IMG/VR virus record: IMGVR_UViG_2871105481_000001
Location: 1 to 64,000 of that record
Origin: a virus
Taxonomy: Duplodnaviria; Caudoviricetes
Reading direction: 5' to 3' (one strand)
DNA length: 64,000 nucleotides
The translations under genes and the position numbers were made by a program. Numbering within the stretch: the first letter of the stretch is position 1; each line of letters begins with the position of its first letter. Shown one piece after another: positions 58,778 to 64,000 of the stretch. The notes beneath the pieces were generated by a model. The model had not been told where the DNA came from, did not search any database, and saw only the letters and a list, made by a program, of their open reading frames with translations.

Positions 58778-59545
58778 ATGTTAGAACAATTCAACTATAA
58801 CGGAAATAACGTGTCTTTTCTTGTAGAAAACGACATTGTGATGGTAAACGCAACGCAAATGGCTAAACCGTTCAGTAAACAACCTTATGAATATTTACGC
58901 TTACCTACTACAAATGAGTTAATTAGAGCCATTACGGGAAAATCCCGTATTGCTGAAAATCAAGTAGTTAAGACAATACGCGGAGGATTAAATCCGGGAA
59001 CCTGGTTAAATGAAGATCTTGCGATTGATTTTGCACAATGGTTGTCTGTTGATTTCAAACTTTGGGTATCTGACCGGATCAAAGAATTAATGAAATACGG
59101 ATTTACAGCAGACAATAAAACATTAGACGCTTTAGTTTCAAATCCAGATCTTTTAATTTCATTGGCAACACAACTTAAACGGGAGCGAGAAGAGAAAGAC
59201 GTTTTGAAGCGCGAGAATGAAAGAATGAAACCCCGTGATAAATTCGTGAACATTGTTTTTGATTCCAGTAGTTTACTTACTTTATCACAAGCTGCAAAAG
59301 CATTACAACTACCCTATGGACGTAATAAGATGTGCCAGAAGTTAAGAGAAAAAGGTGTATTTATGAAACGAGGTACAGAGCCTAAACAGATATATGTTAA
59401 TAATGGTTATTTTGTAGTAAAAGAAGCTTCGTTTGTAAACGCAACTAATACCTATTTACGACCCCAGACTTTTGTATCACAAAAAGGATTAGGATTTATT
59501 GCTCGTACATTAGGAGTAATTGAAGTCCCTAAACTATTACAATAA
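58778..59545 (+). CDS. phage antirepressor, KilA-N plus C-terminal ANT/KilAC domain
   Basis: 'MVNATQMAKPF', 'GTWLNEDLAIDFAQWLS', 'KAL..PYGRNK..QKLREKG', 'QTFVSQKG'. Confidence 0.9.
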   Translation: MLEQFNYNGNNVSFLVENDIVMVNATQMAKPFSKQPYEYLRLPTTNELIRAITGKSRIAENQVVKTIRGGLNPGTWLNEDLAIDFAQWLSVDFKLWVSDRIKELMKYGFTADNKTLDALVSNPDLLISLATQLKREREEKDVLKRENERMKPRDKFVNIVFDSSSLLTLSQAAKALQLPYGRNKMCQKLREKGVFMKRGTEPKQIYVNNGYFVVKEASFVNATNTYLRPQTFVSQKGLGFIARTLGVIEVPKLLQ

Positions 59546-59566
59546 GCTTATTACATAACAACTACT

Positions 59567-59597
59567 AAGAGTTTCCAAAACGGAGACTCTTTTTTTT
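59567..59597 (+). terminator. intrinsic terminator
   Basis: AAGAGTTTCC-AAAAC-GGAGACTCTT followed by a T run. Confidence 0.85.
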
Positions 59598-59712
59598 GCT
59601 TTAAAAGTAAATTAAATTACTTTTTATGACAATATACAAACGTAAAATGATAAACTTTTATGATTGATTTTCTGATACTTACATAATTTATATACTTTTT
59701 ACGCATCTTTTA

Positions 59713-59743
59713 TTTGCGTATTATGTAACTTTTTGTAAATTTG
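59713..59743 (+). promoter_or_regulatory. Bacteroidota promoter of the early operon
   Basis: TTTG (59713-59716), 19-nt spacer, TAAATTTG (59736-59743). Confidence 0.75.
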
Positions 59744-59851
59744 TAACAGATAAGAGAAGACGAAACAAACACAACTTTAAATATTAAGATTTGAACCAAC
59801 CTGAGCAAGTTGTTAAAAGGCTTTCTTTAAGATAACTAAATAATAAAAGCT

Positions 59852-60088
59852 ATGAATTATTTCGGTCAAACATTTAATGAAAAAGCGAGTATAGAAATTA
59901 AGGCACAATGGTATGTAGATAACTATGGAACTAATCCAAAATTTAAAGAATCTGTTTCTACTGGTTTAGAAGATATTTCTAAAAGGATTGAGTTAGTAAA
60001 TGAAAATAAAATCTGGTTAAGTAATGAATTAATACAGAGTTTAAATGAAGCTAAAAGAATACATGAAATAATCTTAACAATTATATAA
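59852..60088 (+). CDS. hypothetical early protein
   Basis: ORF track. Confidence 0.6.
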   Translation: MNYFGQTFNEKASIEIKAQWYVDNYGTNPKFKESVSTGLEDISKRIELVNENKIWLSNELIQSLNEAKRIHEIILTII

Positions 60089-60089
60089 A

Positions 60090-60326
60090 ATGAAAACAAC
60101 TACACTAACAGAAGAACAAAAGGCAGATATAGTAACGATTACTTTTTTATCTATTGGAGTAATACTATTAATATCCTTCGTTGCTTTTATACTGCCTAAT
60201 ATAACATTAGATCAACAGGTTGAAGCTTATAAACGCAACATGCAGCAAAAAGAAATAAAAGAAGCTCATGAATTTCATGAAAAAATGATGTTGGAGGAAA
60301 ATAAAAAATACATTTCAAATCATTGA
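60090..60326 (+). CDS. hypothetical single-TM early protein
   Basis: TM 'IVTITFLSIGVILLISFVAFIL'. Confidence 0.65.
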   Translation: MKTTTLTEEQKADIVTITFLSIGVILLISFVAFILPNITLDQQVEAYKRNMQQKEIKEAHEFHEKMMLEENKKYISNH

Positions 60327-60333
60327 TTTATTA

Positions 60334-60403
60334 ACTCGACTAAGCGAGTATAAAAAGGTTTTAAGCTTAGAGCGTTGATAGTTATAAAAACCTATCAGGT
60401 AAC
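60334..60403 (+). ncRNA. pistol self-cleaving ribozyme
   Basis: P1 ACTCG/CGAGT with loop ACTAAG; ATAAAAAG; P2 GTT/AAC; TTAAG; pseudoknot CTTAG; GCG; P3 TTGATAG/CTATCAG; GT cleavage dinucleotide at 60399-60400. Confidence 0.9.
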
Positions 60404-60425
60404 AACAACTAAAAAATATTACAAA

Positions 60426-61085
60426 ATGAAAACAACATTTTCTTTCACAGACAAAAACAAAAACCTTATAACTATTAAAGCAGAAATAACATTTAGGAAT
60501 AGTTATGCTGAATTTACAATTTAAGGTGATAAAGGTAATAGTTGCGGACAAATTGATTTTTCCCCAAAGAATGAACAACAACAAGAGCTTAAAAATATTT
60601 GGGATAAGTACCACCTACAAAAAATTGATGATCAAGAAAAATTTTGGAACAAGTTTTTAAAATTAACAAAAGAAATAGAAGCTTTTGAATTAGAAGAAAA
60701 AGAAAGAAAAGTAACTGAAGAAGATATAGAATTGTTTGAAGATTTCGACGAACCTGAAAAAGCATTAGTAATAGCATTGATGCTTGATTTATCAATTAAC
60801 GAAATTGAAGACATTTCAAATACATATGATAATTGCTGGGAAGTACAAGGTATATCATATTTATTTGGGACTGATGATGAAATGGATGAAGAATGGGATA
60901 CTGATTTAGATAATTATATAGATGATTGCTTAGAAATACCTAAAGACTTAGAAAGATATTTTGACAGGGAGTTGTGGAAATCGGACGCTAGAACAGACGG
61001 CAGACCGCATTCTCTTGGTAGATACGACGGAAGAGAAATAGAGTTTAAATATGAGAGTACATGGTACTATGCATATAGACAATAA
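60426..61085 (+). pseudogene. early gene with in-frame TAA at codon 33
   Basis: ATG 60426 is in frame with track ORF 60732..61085; only TAA 60522-60524 interrupts it (EFTI*GDKGNSCGQI). Confidence 0.7.
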
Positions 61086-61098
61086 TTAATAGTAAACC

Positions 61099-61145
61099 TT
61101 CCTTTGAACGTGTAGGCGTTATTTGGAGCAATACCAACAAAGGAA
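61099..61145 (+). ncRNA. tRNA-elbow-like three-way junction candidate
   Basis: TTCCTTTG/CAAAGGAA closing stem, AACG-TGTAGG-CGTT, TTGG-AGCAATA-CCAA. Confidence 0.55.
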
Positions 61146-61171
61146 CAAACAAAACAACTAAAATTTACAAA

Positions 61172-61630
61172 ATGAGAACTAACAAATACACTTACTTAAA
61201 AGTAATTCAACAAAATTACAGTGGCAAATGGAAGGATATAGAAGAAGTGGAAGCTAATAGTATTTATGTACCTAAATGCGGAGATAGTATTTTTAAAACT
61301 CTTGTTTCTGGTTATAAATTATTGGGAGTAAGCACTAAAACTATTAACAGAAGGATTATAAACGCAAAACCTTCATTAAGACAAAATTTTAAAGACTGTG
61401 ATGATTTTGCAAACTATGTTTTTGACAGTGTTTTAGATTATGGCGAAATCATAACTAATGAATTTAATCAATTAACCGGATTAAACATAAAAGTCGGTTC
61501 AGACATTAAAACAATTGAATCATTGCCATGCCTGGGTATTAATTACATTGAATTCGGATCTTTAAAGTCAATGCTTTATGATTTATATTACTTCCTAATC
61601 AAAGAAAATAAAATAAACACACTTAACTAA
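61172..61630 (+). CDS. hypothetical early protein
   Basis: ORF track. Confidence 0.65.
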   Translation: MRTNKYTYLKVIQQNYSGKWKDIEEVEANSIYVPKCGDSIFKTLVSGYKLLGVSTKTINRRIINAKPSLRQNFKDCDDFANYVFDSVLDYGEIITNEFNQLTGLNIKVGSDIKTIESLPCLGINYIEFGSLKSMLYDLYYFLIKENKINTLN

Positions 61631-61642
61631 AAATCACAAATC

Positions 61643-61834
61643 ATGTTTGAAGAAAAAATTATAGCATGCGCAACGTATGTTACAGGGATTGCATTGCTTT
61701 TTAACCCAGCTCCTGAGCTTAAATATATAGGTGGAATTATTACGGTTACTTTAATGGTAGTAGGTATTCCAGTAGTATATCAACTCGCTAAAGCCTTTGT
61801 TAGTAAACGCAAAAGATTGAAAAATGCAAAATAA
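61643..61834 (+). CDS. small two-TM protein
   Basis: Two hydrophobic segments and a basic tail. Confidence 0.6.
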   Translation: MFEEKIIACATYVTGIALLFNPAPELKYIGGIITVTLMVVGIPVVYQLAKAFVSKRKRLKNAK

Positions 61835-61910
61835 CATTTCACTAATAGCATATTTCAATGGAGACATTGACAAAATGATAAAAATATTAATTCACTTAAA
61901 ATAAAGTATT

Positions 61911-62228
61911 ATGAAATAAAAGATTGACAACGAAAAAATATTTAAAGAATTTAATCCTTTACCTACTTTAAGTCCAAAAGGACATTGGACTATTAAATCC
62001 GGAAAAATAGGTACACCAGTAGCAATGTTACCAATACCGCAAGGAGGTATTAATGGAAAAGAAAGAATAGAACTTTATACAGATTTACTTGTACAAAGCA
62101 AAGTAATAGCAAAAACACTAATAGAAGTAAATGATTTTCTGTATAACTACAAATATAAAAGTATAGAAGATGCTTATAAATTACAAAGTAAGGTTTTAAC
62201 ATTATTAAAAAAGCTAACTACAGAATGA
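61911..62228 (+). pseudogene. early gene with TAA at codon 3 (or restarting at ATG 62025)
   Basis: ATG AAA TAA at 61911, then an open frame in register with track ORF 62025..62228. Confidence 0.5.
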
Positions 62229-62326
62229 AAACTATTTTACTCCTGTCAATTTTTGCTGTCTTAGCGATAATATCAATTTTTATAGTTAAGCCTTACAATT
62301 TTATAATAAGAATGTTAAATAAATAA
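62225..62326 (+). CDS. 33-aa hydrophobic peptide
   Basis: ATGA overlap with the previous stop; MKTILLLSIFAVLAIISIFIVKPYNFIIRMLNK. Confidence 0.45.
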   Translation: MKTILLLSIFAVLAIISIFIVKPYNFIIRMLNK

Positions 62327-62333
62327 TATCAAT

Positions 62334-62483
62334 ATGATCACCTTATTAAAAATATTCAGAAAGAAAATACAGGAAGAAATACAACCCTGTGGAGTAATTC
62401 AAATCGGAAAATATCCGGAAAATTACAATGATCTAGGCACAAAATTTATGTCTCATCAAAGAAACATTCGTGCAAGGGCATAG
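62334..62483 (+). CDS. hypothetical 49-aa protein
   Basis: ATG 62334 to TAG 62483. Confidence 0.4.
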   Translation: MITLLKIFRKKIQEEIQPCGVIQIGKYPENYNDLGTKFMSHQRNIRARA

Positions 62484-62538
62484 AGAAAAAATATAACTAT
62501 TAAAAAAACAAAGCTCCCCGAAGGAAGCTTATTACAAA

Positions 62539-63576
62539 ATGAAAACAACCATTTATGGAAGTCTTCAAAACAACTATAACAAAGATATGAATTATTTAGA
62601 ATTAAAACAAGACACTACCCTTTCTCATAATTCGGAAATGCAATATTTCAATTCATTTTTCCAGGATCTTTTAAAAGGGTTACAGAGTGGTAAATACATT
62701 ACGGACAAGGGTACTAAATATTCTCTTACCACAATAAGACATTATAAAAATGCTTACGACTGGTTTGTTTTTTGGGAAGCTCACATTGGTATTCAATTAC
62801 AAATGAATGAGGTAATATACAATACTGTTGAAATGTTTAAAACGTTTCTTAGCCATTATCACCTAACATTAAATAGTGTATCAGTTATTATCTCTAAAAT
62901 TAAATCTGTCCTAAACTTTGCTTTTAAGTCGGGTAAGCATTTTTGGAATGGAACAGGAATAAAGATTGTAAAGGAAAAAAATCCAAAAACGTATTTAACA
63001 ATTGAAGAATTAAAGCAAATGCGTTCATGTAAATCTTTAACTGCTGCTGAAGAAATGGTTTTAGACAATTTTACAATTCAGTTTTATATTGGTCAAAGGT
63101 ATGAAACAACACAAAGATTCTTAAAGCAACCTTTTGCGTTTACAAGACAACATGGAGAATTTTCATATATAGAAATTGAAGCATATAAAACTGGAACCGT
63201 TTCATATATCCCATTAGGAGAGATAGTTAAGGGTATTATACAGAAATATAATGGTTTAGTGCCTGTTTATTCTAGGACTTACATTAATCGGATAATTAAA
63301 GTGGTTGCGTTTAAAGCAGGATTAATTCAATTAATTGCAACTCGTGAAACGCGTAATCAAAAAGTTGTTAGAGAGTTTATTCCAAAATATTCTCTTATAT
63401 CTACACACACTGCAAGAAGATCCTTAGTATCAAATCTTAAACAATTAAATTTTTCAAATCAATCAATAATGGGAATTACATCTCATGGTACAGAAGTACA
63501 GTTAAATGACTATAACAGGTCACAAGTAGAAAAAATAAAATCAATATTAGGTCACGAATTTTTCCTGAAAATATAA
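62539..63576 (+). CDS. int: tyrosine recombinase / integrase with SAM-like N-terminal domain
   Basis: Catalytic pattern R ('GQRY'), K ('KTG'), HxxR ('THTARR'), H ('TSH'), Y ('NDY'). Confidence 0.9.
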   Translation: MKTTIYGSLQNNYNKDMNYLELKQDTTLSHNSEMQYFNSFFQDLLKGLQSGKYITDKGTKYSLTTIRHYKNAYDWFVFWEAHIGIQLQMNEVIYNTVEMFKTFLSHYHLTLNSVSVIISKIKSVLNFAFKSGKHFWNGTGIKIVKEKNPKTYLTIEELKQMRSCKSLTAAEEMVLDNFTIQFYIGQRYETTQRFLKQPFAFTRQHGEFSYIEIEAYKTGTVSYIPLGEIVKGIIQKYNGLVPVYSRTYINRIIKVVAFKAGLIQLIATRETRNQKVVREFIPKYSLISTHTARRSLVSNLKQLNFSNQSIMGITSHGTEVQLNDYNRSQVEKIKSILGHEFFLKI

Positions 63577-63582
63577 AATCTC

Positions 63583-64000
63583 ATGAAGAATTTAGAAATC
63601 ACTCAAGAAGCAGCAGTAAAAGCATACTCTGAAGCTTCAAAAAATGGAAAACTATTACTAGAAAATCTTTTTGGAAAAAATGTATTTCTTGTAGATATTA
63701 AAGAAAGAATTAAATCTATTGAAGATGCAATTAATGAACTTGGAGAAAATGATGATGAAGTAATTGTATTAAGAGCCTTAGAAGTAGCTGGTATAAGTAA
63801 TCATATTTTATATACACAATGGTTAGTAGTTATTACCAAAGCTCTAAACGAAGGTTGGGAACCAGATTGGGGGAATGGACAATGGGATAAGTGGTTCAAC
63901 TGGTTCAATATGCCATCAAAAAATGGCCGGTTCTCGTTCTACTGCTCCAATTATCAGTACTCGGTTTCGGTTTGCGCTTCCCGCCTTTGCTTTAAATCAA
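63583..64000 (+). CDS. putative DGR target protein 2 (runs off the window)
   Basis: Open from ATG 63583 to the window end: ...ALNEGWEPDW...FSFYCSNYQYSVSVCASRLCFKS. Confidence 0.8.
   Translation, partial: MKNLEITQEAAVKAYSEASKNGKLLLENLFGKNVFLVDIKERIKSIEDAINELGENDDEVIVLRALEVAGISNHILYTQWLVVITKALNEGWEPDWGNGQWDKWFNWFNMPSKNGRFSFYCSNYQYSVSVCASRLCFKS
63841..63998 (+). repeat. 158-bp repeat copy 2 (DGR variable region VR2)
   Basis: 144/158 identical to 49734..49891. Confidence 0.9.

Larger units (their letters stand above)
1..64000. mobile_element. Bacteroidota podophage genome segment (crAss-like virion module, integrase-bearing, probably temperate)
   Basis: Terminase, portal, capsid, ring/tail, ejection, lysis, replication and integrase genes, with no host housekeeping genes. 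Bacteroidota-type promoters (TTTG-N19-20-TAnnTTTG) and DUF3127 SSB point to the host phylum. Confidence 0.95.

Noticed and set aside
59746-59768. Hammerhead ribozyme (CAGATAAG...CGAAAC)
   Set aside because: Core deviates from CUGANGA at two positions and no stems I-III can be drawn.
49974-62228. TAA reassignment or general readthrough to explain several in-frame TAAs
   Set aside because: Most intact genes end in TAA directly abutting the next start (e.g. 1139/1141, 50198/50199), TAG and TGA also act as stops, and no suppressor tRNA is present. Individual lesions are the simpler explanation.
1-64000. CRISPR array or mini-array
   Set aside because: No regularly spaced 25-45 nt direct repeats seen in any intergenic region.

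Overview
The whole window is part of an AT-rich Bacteroidota (probably Flavobacteriales) podophage genome with a crAss-like virion module, read in standard code 11. It probably continues past base 64000. Layout: recombination/replication genes (1-8.3 kb, +); lysis cassette with an inserted O-acetyltransferase, then tail spike/fibre genes (8.3-18.3 kb, mostly -); a terminase-portal block in the opposite orientation (18.4-24.0 kb, +); a 3514-aa polyvalent ejection protein, ejection/tail/ring proteins, tRNA-Trp, major capsid and scaffold genes (24.2-46.2 kb, -); middle genes with tRNA-Met (46.7-54.9 kb, +); a 1.1-kb non-coding stretch; a lipoprotein moron cluster; an antisense-RNA/KilA-N antirepressor locus; an early operon with small ORFs and structured RNAs; a tyrosine integrase; and a truncated last gene. 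Main findings: (1) two non-virion genes 14 kb apart share a 158-bp 3' repeat whose 12 non-synonymous differences all fall on codon positions 1/2, the signature of a diversity-generating retroelement (DGR) with two targets; its TR and RT are not in the window. (2) A pistol self-cleaving ribozyme at 60334-60403, plus two other structured RNAs in spacers of the same early operon. (3) A c4-like antisense RNA with two complementary target boxes upstream of the antirepressor. (4) Several nonsense/frameshift lesions confined to accessory, early and lysis genes, while about 33 kb of virion genes are intact. All protein family calls come from motif recognition by eye, not from database searches.
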